From Gammaproteobacteria bacterium UBA3067 (GTDB lineage Bacteria > Pseudomonadota > Gammaproteobacteria > Pseudomonadales > UBA3067), in NCBI GenBank assembly GCA_002366835.1, contig DFBZ01000038.1:12689-76688 (forward strand): a DNA stretch of 64,000 bases, in the 5' to 3' direction. How positions within the stretch are numbered: the stretch's first letter is position 1; each line of letters starts with the position of its first letter. The notes below the pieces were generated by a model. That model searched no databases, was not told where the DNA came from, and saw nothing but the letters and a program-made list of their open reading frames with translations. A program made the position numbers and the translations under genes. Of the stretch, positions 9,946 to 19,356 are shown piece by piece.

Positions 9946-10085
9946 GGGCATCTCTAAAAATTAGAATTTTTATTTGAGAGCAAGGAAGCACCGCACGGAA
10001 ACCCGCAGTGTACAAGGGCTACATGAGGAGTTGAGTACGGAGCTGACGCCGCTATCGGGTAAAAAGACAATTTTTAGAGATGCCC
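9946..10085 (+). mobile_element. MITE-like element, copy 1 (140 bp)
   Basis: Perfect 17-bp terminal inverted repeats, GGGCATCTCTAAAAATT ... AATTTTTAGAGATGCCC. It is flanked by TATA at 9942-9945 and at 10086-10089. Homologous copies are at 29317..29455 and, inverted, at 54003..54188. Confidence 0.85.
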
Positions 10086-10162
10086 TATAGTATTGCTATG
10101 TAAGGATGACTGTCTATATTAGTGATAAATTTTAGAAAGAAAAAATGGCAGGGAGCTGGAAA

Positions 10163-11644
10163 ATGAATCAATTCATCTTGGCGATCGACCAAGGCACCAC
10201 AAGTTCTCGTGCAATTCTATTCTCCCCAGAGGGGGAAGCCATTGGAAGTAGCCAACAGGAGTTTAAGCAGTATTACCCAGAGAGCGGCTGGGTAGAACAT
10301 GACCCAGAAGAAATTTGGACTACAACACTGGCCACTTGCCGAGCAGTGATCAAACAATCAGGTCTAAGCGCCTCTGAAATCAAGGCGATTGGTATCACCA
10401 ATCAGCGGGAAACAACCTTGCTTTGGGATCGCCGCAGCGGCAAACCTTTGCATAACGCTATTGTGTGGCAGGATCGTCGCACCACTCAGATGTGCGAGAA
10501 GTTGAAAGCGGATGGAAAGGAGTCCTTTATTCAGGAAAAAACCGGCCTATTGCTTGACCCTTATTTTTCCGCCAGTAAGTTGGTATGGCTTCTGGATAAT
10601 GTTCCAAATGCGCGTGAACTGGCTGAACAGGGGCAATTAGCATTCGGCACGGTGGATACGTTTCTACTCTGGCGCCTTACGCACGGTCAGTCCCACTATA
10701 CCGATGCAACAAACGCTTCCCGCACCATGCTGTTTAATATTCATGATATGCAATGGGATGAGGATTTACTGGCACTGTTTGGCATTCCCGAAACCCTGCT
10801 ACCCAAAGTAAAAAACAGTGCTGACAGCTTTGGTGTTACAAATCGCACATTGTTTGGAGAAGAGATTCCCGTTACGGCGCTTATTGGTGACCAGCAAGCA
10901 GCCCTTGTGGGCCAGGGCTGCTTTGCACCGGGCATGGCTAAAAGCACCTATGGAACGGGTTGTTTTCTCATGCTGAATAGCGGCAATAAACCTTTAAAAT
11001 CCACCAATCAGTTATTAAGCACCGTTGCCTATCAGATTAATGGAAACACGACGTATGCCCTGGAGGGCAGCATTTTTATAGCCGGTGCAGTGGTGCAGTG
11101 GCTAAGGGATGCTCTAAAACTGATTGACTCAGCGGAAGAAACAGAACGACTCGCAGTAAAATGCGGCCATGTAGAGGATGTTTACGTGGTGCCCGCTTTT
11201 ACTGGGCTGGGGGCGCCTCATTGGGACCCCGATGCACGTGGGGCTATTCTGGGTTTAAGTCGAGATACCGGCATAGAAGAAATTGTTACGGCAAGCTTAC
11301 AGTCCGTCGCTTATCAAACAAAAGATTTGCTCAACGCAATGATTAATGACGGTGCGCAATTATCTACAGCGCTTCGAGTTGATGGCGGCATGGCCAATAA
11401 CCGCTGGTTTGTGCAGTTTCTTGCTGATGTGCTGGGGCTTGAGGTGGATATTCCCGAGTCGGTAGAAAGCACTGCTTTGGGTGCAGCCTATATGGCAGGC
11501 TTGGGAGCAGGGATTTATCAGTCTTTAGAGGAGCTGAAGGAGCTTTCTCAAGGTAAGCAGCGCTATCAGCCGCAAATGGATGAAGCCAAGCGTGAAGCAC
11601 TTTATACTGGGTGGCTCACAGCCCTGCAGAGAGTGAAATCTTAA
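10163..11644 (+). CDS. glpK: Glycerol kinase
   Basis: [22 protein letters not shown] and [10 protein letters not shown] motifs are present, and the length is about 493 aa. The start at 10163 is preferred over 10145 because a GGGAG sequence sits 7 nt upstream. Confidence 0.95.
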   Translation: MNQFILAIDQGTTSSRAILFSPEGEAIGSSQQEFKQYYPESGWVEHDPEEIWTTTLATCRAVIKQSGLSASEIKAIGITNQRETTLLWDRRSGKPLHNAIVWQDRRTTQMCEKLKADGKESFIQEKTGLLLDPYFSASKLVWLLDNVPNARELAEQGQLAFGTVDTFLLWRLTHGQSHYTDATNASRTMLFNIHDMQWDEDLLALFGIPETLLPKVKNSADSFGVTNRTLFGEEIPVTALIGDQQAALVGQGCFAPGMAKSTYGTGCFLMLNSGNKPLKSTNQLLSTVAYQINGNTTYALEGSIFIAGAVVQWLRDALKLIDSAEETERLAVKCGHVEDVYVVPAFTGLGAPHWDPDARGAILGLSRDTGIEEIVTASLQSVAYQTKDLLNAMINDGAQLSTALRVDGGMANNRWFVQFLADVLGLEVDIPESVESTALGAAYMAGLGAGIYQSLEELKELSQGKQRYQPQMDEAKREALYTGWLTALQRVKS

Positions 11645-11686
11645 TCGGCAGTTCGTTCTACATCGAAGGAAAGCAGCTCTCCTAGC

Positions 11687-12619
11687 ATGCATCATACTGA
11701 TCAACAGAAACATGCAGACCATCGTGGGCACCATCATTCGTCGCACCTTCCTGATAGCATTGCGGACATTAAACTGGCTTTTTTTCTAAACCTCTCCTTC
11801 ACAGTGGTAGAGCTCATTGGTGGAATTCTAACCAATAGCACGGCAATTATTGCTGATGCCATTCACGACATGGGAGACTCCATTGCCTTGGGGCAAGCAT
11901 GGTATTTTGAGTCCTTAACGAAAAACCCCGGTAGCAGGCGTTATACTTACGGCTATCGTCGTTTTACCTTGCTAGGCGCTTTGATCAGTATCGTAATACT
12001 GCTGTTAAGCTCGGTTTTCGTATTAACGGAAGCAGTTCCTAGGTTGATAACACCCGAGCCAGCCAATGCACAGGGAATGCTGCTGCTCGCTATTTTGGGT
12101 GTGGCGGTAAACGGCTTTGCTGTTTTGAGACTGTCGGCAAATAAAGGCGTTAACGCACAGGTTGTGACGCTCCACCTGTTAGAAGACGCACTGGGTTGGG
12201 TTGCTGTTTTAGTCGTCGCGATTGTTCTACTCTTTAAGGATATTCCAATACTCGACCCCATTCTGGCTATTCTTATCACTCTTTATATCCTTTATGGCGT
12301 CATTAAAAACTTAAAGAAAACAGTCGACCTGTTGTTGCAGGCAACACCTGAAGAGCTTGATATTGAGAGACTAAAAACAGAGCTTCAAGAACTGAGTCTC
12401 GTTAAGCGCGAGCATCATACCCATGTGTGGTCTCTGGATGGTGAACACCATGTGCTCACGGCACATTTGCTTACCGAACGCCCGCTGAGCGCATTGGAAT
12501 ATAAAGATGTAAAACAAGCAGCCGGTGAAATAGTGGCTCGATACGGCTTTTTTCATTCCACCATTGAATTAGAATGGCCAGAAGAAGCCTGTCGTATTGG
12601 CGCTAATCACTGTCACTAG
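11687..12619 (+). CDS. Cation diffusion facilitator family metal exporter (CzcD/ZitB-like)
   Basis: 310 aa with a His-rich N-terminus (HADHRGHHHSSH). Six TM segments carry DAIHDMGDS (TM2) and HLLEDALGW (TM5) metal-site motifs, followed by a C-terminal cytoplasmic domain. Confidence 0.85.
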   Translation: MHHTDQQKHADHRGHHHSSHLPDSIADIKLAFFLNLSFTVVELIGGILTNSTAIIADAIHDMGDSIALGQAWYFESLTKNPGSRRYTYGYRRFTLLGALISIVILLLSSVFVLTEAVPRLITPEPANAQGMLLLAILGVAVNGFAVLRLSANKGVNAQVVTLHLLEDALGWVAVLVVAIVLLFKDIPILDPILAILITLYILYGVIKNLKKTVDLLLQATPEELDIERLKTELQELSLVKREHHTHVWSLDGEHHVLTAHLLTERPLSALEYKDVKQAAGEIVARYGFFHSTIELEWPEEACRIGANHCH

Positions 12620-12682
12620 GTTTTTATTCAAGATTTTTTGCGTGGAGTCTATCCAACAGTGCCGTTGCATATAGAATATTCA

Positions 12683-13249
12683 ATGATTGCTGGAAAGGGA
12701 GTACAGCTAGAACCCTTATCGCTAGCCCATGCAGGAGGGCTGTACGCCATAGGGCAGGAAGCGGATGATTGGCGTTACTTACCACGGCCATGCTTTACAA
12801 GCTTGGAAGATACAGAGGAGTGGATCGAAGAAGCTTGTTTGCTTTCCGAGAAGCACCTGCACTATAGCTATGCCATTATCGACTCGGAAAATGATGAGGT
12901 AATGGGCTCTACGCGCTACCTGAATATTGTGCCCCAGGATTATGTTCTCGAAATTGGTTACACCTTTTTAGGAAAGGCTTATCAGCGTACTTGGGTCAAT
13001 ACGCTTACCAAATACTTAATGCTGGAAAATGCATTTGAGAGGCTCTGTGCCAACCGCGTTGAATTGCGTACCGATCAGCGCAATATCCGTTCCCAGCGTG
13101 CTATTGAACGGATTGGTGCCATTAAAGAGGGCGTGCTAAGGAAGCATCGTATCGTGCAACAAGCGTATGTCCGTGATACGGTGGTATACAGTATTTTAGC
13201 TGACGAGTGGCCCTTGATACAGGCAGGTCTCTCTAAAAAAATACCGTGA
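12683..13249 (+). CDS. GNAT family N-acetyltransferase (RimJ/RimL-like)
   Basis: A GNAT-like core is present (VELRTDQRNIRSQRAIERIGAIKEGVLRKH). I chose the ATG at 12683; the ORF opens at a TTG at 12638. Confidence 0.6.
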   Translation: MIAGKGVQLEPLSLAHAGGLYAIGQEADDWRYLPRPCFTSLEDTEEWIEEACLLSEKHLHYSYAIIDSENDEVMGSTRYLNIVPQDYVLEIGYTFLGKAYQRTWVNTLTKYLMLENAFERLCANRVELRTDQRNIRSQRAIERIGAIKEGVLRKHRIVQQAYVRDTVVYSILADEWPLIQAGLSKKIP

Positions 13250-13296
13250 ATTCAAAATGATACATTTCACTAACTATTAATTACTTGAAGTTTTTC

Positions 13297-14103
13297 ATGA
13301 GCAAAAAGAAACGAGAAATACCCCAGTTCAATAGCCCGATTATTGAAACCCACTGCCATCTCGATTACCTCAAACAAGAGCCCTTGGACGTGCTCCTTGA
13401 GCGCTGTGAATCACTGGGAATTGAGCGCATCATCACGATTGCAGTATCCCCAGATAACCAAAAAACAGTACGCGACCTCACAGAGCAGCACCCCATGATT
13501 TACGGTACGCAGGGGGTTCATCCTCATGATGCCGAAAAGTATACCCGTGATACCGAGGATGAAATTAAAGAATGCTTGAGCCTCGAAAAAATTCGGGCAG
13601 TGGGGGAGATCGGTCTCGATTACTATTACGAACACGCACCCAAAAAGGTGCAGCGCGAGGTATTAGAAAGGCAACTACAAATTGCCGTCGATGCAGAGAA
13701 ACCGGTAGTGATTCATAGCCGGGATGCTGACGAAGATATGCAGGCGATACTGACTAACTTCTCATCCACGCTACAAAAGCGGGGTGTTATTCATAGCTTT
13801 ACGGCAGGGATTGATCTGGCAAATTATTGCCTCGACGAGGGGTTTTGTTTAGGTTTTAATGGAATATGCACGTTTAATAAAGCAGAAAATGTGCGGCAGG
13901 TGATTAGTCATGCGCCAATTGGGCAAATATTGCTCGAAACGGACGCGCCTTATTTAACCCCAGTACCTTATCGGGGAGAGGAAAACGCGCCTTATTACCT
14001 GCCCTTTGTTGCTGAGAAGATTGCTGAGGTTAAAGGTATATCAATCGAAACTGTTTTGGAAAGTACCTATCAAAATAGCGTAAAAACATTTTTTGCTGCA
14101 TGA
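13297..14103 (+). CDS. TatD family metal-dependent hydrolase/DNase
   Basis: ETHCHLD, GVHPHD, GEIGLDYYY, VIHSRDA and ETDAPYL motifs are present. I chose the ATG at 13297; a TTG lies at 13285. Confidence 0.85.
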   Translation: MSKKKREIPQFNSPIIETHCHLDYLKQEPLDVLLERCESLGIERIITIAVSPDNQKTVRDLTEQHPMIYGTQGVHPHDAEKYTRDTEDEIKECLSLEKIRAVGEIGLDYYYEHAPKKVQREVLERQLQIAVDAEKPVVIHSRDADEDMQAILTNFSSTLQKRGVIHSFTAGIDLANYCLDEGFCLGFNGICTFNKAENVRQVISHAPIGQILLETDAPYLTPVPYRGEENAPYYLPFVAEKIAEVKGISIETVLESTYQNSVKTFFAA

Positions 14104-14215
14104 TAAAAACGCCTCTAAAATCAGAAAGCCAGCATACTTAAAAAGGTTTTGTCGGTGGGTGAAATAATCACTGCACAAATGCTTCGGAAATAATTACCTC
14201 TAAGGGGTCATACTC

Positions 14216-15091
14216 ATGGAAACCATGTTGCCCTATCACGCAAGCCAAGCTTTGGACTCGTTATTGCCAGCCGATATCGAATTCGATAATAATAACGACC
14301 TGGCAAAAGCAGCGCTTTTATTTGCTTTAGAGAACGGACAAGAGTTTTTGCTGGAAGAGCAGCTTGAACTAATAGATGAACTCTCGAAGGAAGCGTCTAT
14401 TTACGTAGATCTCAATGCAAGCACAACAGAAATTGCCAACAGTCTTTGCTACTTTTTTAAAGACGTAAAAGGTTTTCAAGGTAATTCTGAAAACTACTAT
14501 GATCCTGAAAATAGTTTCTTAAATAAGGTATTGGAAAATCGTCGAGGAATCCCAATTAGCATGGCGGTGCTATATATCAGCGTAGCGAGCAGGCTGGGTT
14601 TTAGTGATGTTGTTGGTATCGGCTTTCCAGGACATTTTCTGATCAGGTTCGGCGAGGATGACAACGTAAGCGGTGAAGGGGTTTATGTCGATCCCTATTA
14701 TCATAAGCTGATCAATGACAGTGAATGTGAAGAGAGACTTAAATCCTTGTTTGGTTCACATGCGCGCATGCATCGCTCTTATCTAGGTACGGTGAGCAAT
14801 CGAGAGTTCGTGGCCAGAATGGCGCGGAATCTTGTTGAGATATATCAGGAAAAACACCTTTATGAATTAGCACTGATATGCTGTACAAGAGCCATTAATA
14901 CGGAGCCTGGTCTGGCTGAAGATCACTATGTTCGTGCAAATCTTTATGAAAAGCTGGATTGTTATGGCGCTGCGGTGCAGGAATTTTCCCGCTTTATTTA
15001 TTTGTCACCGAAAGATGACCGTATCGGCGATATAAAAGTACGAATAAGAAGGCTAAGAGAGGCCTCTAATAAGCCAAAATACGTACACTGA
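14216..15091 (+). CDS. SirB1-like protein (transglutaminase-like plus TPR-like C-terminus)
   Basis: 291 aa. The central RRGIPISMAVLYISVASRLG...GFPGHFL motif is typical of the SirB1/YchA family, and the C-terminus is helical and repeat-like. Confidence 0.6.
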   Translation: METMLPYHASQALDSLLPADIEFDNNNDLAKAALLFALENGQEFLLEEQLELIDELSKEASIYVDLNASTTEIANSLCYFFKDVKGFQGNSENYYDPENSFLNKVLENRRGIPISMAVLYISVASRLGFSDVVGIGFPGHFLIRFGEDDNVSGEGVYVDPYYHKLINDSECEERLKSLFGSHARMHRSYLGTVSNREFVARMARNLVEIYQEKHLYELALICCTRAINTEPGLAEDHYVRANLYEKLDCYGAAVQEFSRFIYLSPKDDRIGDIKVRIRRLREASNKPKYVH

Positions 15092-15156
15092 TAAACACAT
15101 ATTTCCTCCGTCATTTTTAAGTTCTAACAATTGATTTCGTTTTAAAGGATTCCGTA

Positions 15157-16386
15157 TTGTTATCCCGCTTGTGGTTTTCTTTTTTCTTTCTTTCTTTTGT
15201 GGCTTGTTTTTATCAGTGGTGGGGGCTGGATAACCCAGAAGTTTATTCTGTCGTGGTAAAGGCCAGCTTCGACATGGCGAAGTTGGCCGTGGAAATTGCC
15301 ATTGGGCTGATTGGTGTTATGTGTCTCTGGCTGGGTATTTTTAAAGTGGCTGAGGCTGCTGGTTTAATTGATGTGCTGGCAAAATTATTATCCCCGCTTT
15401 TTGAACGTCTTATGCCTGAAATACCGAAAGGGCACCCAGCCATTGGGTCTGTCACCATGAATCTATCTGCTAATCTCCTTGGGCTGGATAACGCAGCGAC
15501 CCCCATGGGCCTAAAAGCCATGCAGGATATGCAGGAATTAAATAGCGAAAAATCCGTTGCCAGCAATCCGCAAATACTTTTTCTCGTTTTAAACACCTCT
15601 TCCGTCACACTGTTACCCATTACCATTTTTTTATATCGCGCTCAAATGGGTGCGGTTGAGCCCACTTCAGTATTTTTGCCCATCATACTGGCTACTTCTA
15701 CATCAACGTTGGTGGGCCTGCTTGCAGTGGCATGGATTCAAAAACTAAAATTATTTAACTGGGTGGTATTAAGTTATTTTTTTGGTTTTGCATTACTTAT
15801 TTCTAGCTTGCTATACGCGGTACAGACTCAGCCGGCAGCTGAGATGAATACTTTTTCAAACTTGCTTGGTAATTTGGCACTGCTCACAGTAATTGTTGGC
15901 ATCTTGGGTATCGGTATATTAAAAAATGTTCCGGTCTATGAGGTGTTTATTGATGGTGCCAAAGAAGGCGTTTCGGTTTGCGTTAAAATTGTGCCCTACC
16001 TTGTCGCTATGCTGGTAGGTATTGGTATGTTGAGAGCGAGCGGGGTGCTCGATTTAGGTGTCGAAGGACTTACCTTGTTTTTTACAAGTGTAGGGATGAA
16101 TACGGACTTTGTTTCAGCATTGCCTACAGCCCTTATGAAACCGTTTAGCGGTAGTGGCTCAAGGGCAATGATGATTGAAACGATGAATAATTATGGTGTT
16201 GATTCTTTCCCTGCCAAAATCGCCGCGATAGTGCAGGGGAGCACCGAGACCACTTTCTACGTTCTTGCTGTATATTTTGGCAGTGTTGGAATTCAGCAAG
16301 TGCGACATGCAATTTTTTGCGGTTTGTTAGCGGATTTTGCAGGTATTATTGCGGCAATATTACTGGGTTATTGGTTCTTTAATTAA
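15157..16386 (+). CDS. Nucleoside-recognition (Gate) domain membrane protein, SpmA/SpmB-like fusion
   Basis: 409 aa and polytopic. The GLDNAATPMGLKAM and GSGSRAMM motifs are typical of this family. The start is a TTG and is uncertain. Confidence 0.6.
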   Translation: MLSRLWFSFFFLSFVACFYQWWGLDNPEVYSVVVKASFDMAKLAVEIAIGLIGVMCLWLGIFKVAEAAGLIDVLAKLLSPLFERLMPEIPKGHPAIGSVTMNLSANLLGLDNAATPMGLKAMQDMQELNSEKSVASNPQILFLVLNTSSVTLLPITIFLYRAQMGAVEPTSVFLPIILATSTSTLVGLLAVAWIQKLKLFNWVVLSYFFGFALLISSLLYAVQTQPAAEMNTFSNLLGNLALLTVIVGILGIGILKNVPVYEVFIDGAKEGVSVCVKIVPYLVAMLVGIGMLRASGVLDLGVEGLTLFFTSVGMNTDFVSALPTALMKPFSGSGSRAMMIETMNNYGVDSFPAKIAAIVQGSTETTFYVLAVYFGSVGIQQVRHAIFCGLLADFAGIIAAILLGYWFFN

Positions 16387-16410
16387 TCAGAGCTGCTAGA
16401 GCCTTCTTGA

Positions 16411-18345
16411 TCACTTAAGATACTTATGTAGCATTTCAAGAACGACTGTTTGTTTTATTGGTTTTTCGATACGGTCATTCATGCCTGCATCAAAACACAT
16501 TTTTCTTTGTTCTGGCATTGCATTTGCTGTGATGGCAATAATGGGTGTTTTTTCGTTAGTAAGCTCGGCTCTAATAGCCTGGGTTGCCTGGTAGCCGTCC
16601 AACACTGGCATTTGGCAGTCCATAAAGATAATGTCGAATTTATTCTCGGAGCACTTTTCTACGGCAAGTTGTCCGTTTTCTACTATCTCTACAGTTATCC
16701 CGTGTTTTTCGAGTAGAGTTCGGGTGATGATTTGATTAACAGCGTTATCTTCAACGATTAATGCTTTAGCGCTCCAGCGAGGAGTGTCGTCACTTTTGTT
16801 TGCTTGTGATTGAGGCAAGACATGTGCTTCTCGTGCCTGCATAGGTATGGCTATCGTAAAGATTGAACCCGAATTGACCTGGCTTTCAACGCTAATGCTA
16901 CCTCCTAATAACTCAGTAAGTTGTTGGCTGATGGCGAGGCCCAAGCCGGTTCCTCCATAGCTTCTTACCGTTGAGTTATCTGCCTGCTCAAAGGAATTAA
17001 ATATATGTTCGAGGTGATTTACGTCTATACCAATCCCCGTGTCCTCAACCTTTATGACAATTAAGGACCTACCATCTGTTTGAACCGTCTGGCTGGCACT
17101 ACATCGTACATACCCTTTATGTGTAAACTTTATGGCGTTACCAATAAGATTCACTAAGATTTGTCGTAGTCGTATAGGGTCCGTTTCAATTTCAATTTTA
17201 TCAAAGCCTGGCTGATAAATAAGTTCGAATTCAATGTCTTTTCTCTTGGGGTTCCCCCTAAAACCGTCGACACATTCGTTGATAAGATTGACAGGATTTA
17301 TAAACGTTTTTTCAATGACAAACTTACCTTTCTCCATACGGGAGAAATCGAGGATATCATCAATAATGGTGAGAAGATCGGTGCTGGAAGATTTGGCGAT
17401 GTCAATATAACGTTTTTGCTTATCTTCTAGCTTGGTATGCTCAAGAATTTCGAGCATACCAAATACGCCATTCATGGGAGTACGGAGCTCGTGGCTCATC
17501 ATCGCAAGAAAGTTGCCTTTTGAAATGTTAGCAACTTCAGCATTGCGCTTGGATGACACAAGGGCCCTCGTGAATTCCTCTTGTTGCTGTTTGTTTTGTT
17601 CAAGTGTCTGCGCCATGCTGTTTATGTTTTTCTGAAGGTCCCCAAGTGCGTCGTTAGAATCAATGCTAGATCTTACGCCGAGGTCACCTTTTTCAATTCG
17701 CGCTAATATCTCTGCCGTTCGTCGTATGGGATTAATGACACTGCGAGCGGCGAAAGCCGAAACGAGAGCGGCAATTATAATGACCCCAAGGGTAATTGCG
17801 ATGCTGAGAAGAATTCTTTTTCTTTCGATTTCATAAGAATTTTTCAAGCTAATACCAAGCTCTAGATATCCCTGTTTTTCTTCATGCTCCGCACCACCAG
17901 AAAGAGATAGTTTATCAAGGGACTCTTCCTGCGGTAGAGTGGTGTCTGATTGAAATGATTGATGGAAGGTAAGATAGGGGGTGCTTTCAAAAATAGAGGG
18001 GGTTTTATGATACGAAGCGGACTTGTTCCCTTGAATATCTTTGTAAGCAATTATTTCATTTTTATTATCGTAGATAGCAGCGTACAAAATATCATCTTGT
18101 CCAATCGCAGTTTTGAGCGTGTGATTAAGTGATTTGGTATCGCCAGTGTAAAATCCAAATTCACTTTTATTGACGAGATTGTTGGCCAATAGTTGACCTT
18201 TAACCGATATGGCTGCGCGTTGATCGTTTATATGGGAGTATATAAGGAAGCTCGACAATACAATTGTCGTTGCTACCGCAGGTATAATGCCAAGTAAATA
18301 TGCTCGTGTGCCGATATTGAGATGAGCCCGCTTTTTATTTTTCAT
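16411..18345 (-). CDS. Hybrid sensor histidine kinase/response regulator (periplasmic sensor, HAMP, HisKA, HATPase, REC)
   Basis: 644 aa. Two TM segments bracket a loop of about 150 aa. The H-box is MSHELRTPMNG, with the N and G boxes (NLIGNAIKFT, DTGIGI, GGTGLGLAIS). A C-terminal receiver carries IFMDCQMPVLDG. No Hpt domain is present. The start overlaps the upstream gene by 11 nt. Confidence 0.9.
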   Translation of the reverse strand: MKNKKRAHLNIGTRAYLLGIIPAVATTIVLSSFLIYSHINDQRAAISVKGQLLANNLVNKSEFGFYTGDTKSLNHTLKTAIGQDDILYAAIYDNKNEIIAYKDIQGNKSASYHKTPSIFESTPYLTFHQSFQSDTTLPQEESLDKLSLSGGAEHEEKQGYLELGISLKNSYEIERKRILLSIAITLGVIIIAALVSAFAARSVINPIRRTAEILARIEKGDLGVRSSIDSNDALGDLQKNINSMAQTLEQNKQQQEEFTRALVSSKRNAEVANISKGNFLAMMSHELRTPMNGVFGMLEILEHTKLEDKQKRYIDIAKSSSTDLLTIIDDILDFSRMEKGKFVIEKTFINPVNLINECVDGFRGNPKRKDIEFELIYQPGFDKIEIETDPIRLRQILVNLIGNAIKFTHKGYVRCSASQTVQTDGRSLIVIKVEDTGIGIDVNHLEHIFNSFEQADNSTVRSYGGTGLGLAISQQLTELLGGSISVESQVNSGSIFTIAIPMQAREAHVLPQSQANKSDDTPRWSAKALIVEDNAVNQIITRTLLEKHGITVEIVENGQLAVEKCSENKFDIIFMDCQMPVLDGYQATQAIRAELTNEKTPIIAITANAMPEQRKMCFDAGMNDRIEKPIKQTVVLEMLHKYLK

Positions 18346-19348
18346 GCTTTTCTAACCAATCCATTCCTAATGCCCTGTTTATTACCCTGTCTGGTGGGAT
18401 ATTTATATTCATAGATTTCGCGACATTTTTATTTATGACGAAATTAAACAGATTCAGGTTTTGTGGGCTTGGTGCTATTCCTGTATCTCTGAAATATAAT
18501 ATGACCTTTTTCGATACGCGCAGCATTTCTTTGTCTGGGAAATAGATTGATGCAAGGCTGCCACCTGAAACGGCCTCATTATTTGGGCCTATTACACTGA
18601 TATTGTTTCTATATCCCTTTAAAAGAATATGTTTAAGGCTCCTGGCGTTAAATATTAACGGATCAGCATGGGAGAGTATAAAAGTGGGTTTAAATACACC
18701 TGACTCGAATAGCTTGTTCAAAGAAGATCGGTTTTCAAAGACGTGTACATTTGCTTCAATGTTGTTTGCGCGTGCAGATTCTATAATAGTGTTCTTATGA
18801 TGCTGGGATTGCTCACTGATAAGAGTCGTTAAGTGAGTGCTTTGTGGAAGCAGTGTTTTCGCAAGCCGAATTTGTTTTCCTAAAGGTATCTCTGAAAAAA
18901 TTGCGGTAACTGAGGGAGTTTCTTCTTTATAGACCTCAAGCACCTTAAAATAGGTATTTTTGGAAATATAGGTGGCTAGTATGAGGGTATGGGGAAGGTG
19001 TGATTTGAGCACTTGATGAAAGGCAACGGCCCCCACGGTAATAATAATCTGCTTATTTTTTTCCAGTGCTAAGAAGTTATCGGTGCTTGATCTTGTAATG
19101 GTAAGATTTGGGTGTTTCTTCAATGCATCCTCAATCAGTATGCCTTTTTTTGTATTTTTAGGTGTGATAATTCGTATACTTAGCTTGTTTTCGGTGTCTG
19201 GGTATCTATTGATGCCGTCCTGAATAGTTTTGGCATTTGTAAGTGATGACGTACTTAATAGTGCGACTAGAAGGCAAAGCGAGGCCCAGTAGCATTTTTG
19301 AAGATAAATGCCGAGATGGGAATACCTTGTCTGGGCCTCTTTATGCAT
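18335..19348 (-). CDS. Periplasmic solute-binding-like protein of unknown ligand (ABC-substrate-binding-fold-like)
   Basis: 337 aa with a signal-like N-terminus (LCLLVALLSTSSLTNA). It is sandwiched between the TonB-dependent receptor gene (8-nt gap) and the histidine kinase gene (11-nt overlap). My family recognition here is weak. Confidence 0.5.
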   Translation of the reverse strand: MHKEAQTRYSHLGIYLQKCYWASLCLLVALLSTSSLTNAKTIQDGINRYPDTENKLSIRIITPKNTKKGILIEDALKKHPNLTITRSSTDNFLALEKNKQIIITVGAVAFHQVLKSHLPHTLILATYISKNTYFKVLEVYKEETPSVTAIFSEIPLGKQIRLAKTLLPQSTHLTTLISEQSQHHKNTIIESARANNIEANVHVFENRSSLNKLFESGVFKPTFILSHADPLIFNARSLKHILLKGYRNNISVIGPNNEAVSGGSLASIYFPDKEMLRVSKKVILYFRDTGIAPSPQNLNLFNFVINKNVAKSMNINIPPDRVINRALGMDWLEKHEK

Positions 19349-19356
19349 TGCGGGGA

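Noticed and set aside
9758-10015. 85-aa minus-strand ORF spanning the region upstream of glpK
   Set aside because: It overlaps the 5' part of the real gene at 9535..9903 in another frame. Its own 5' part is encoded by MITE copy 1. The 65-aa ORF at 29313..29510(-) is the equivalent artefact in copy 2.
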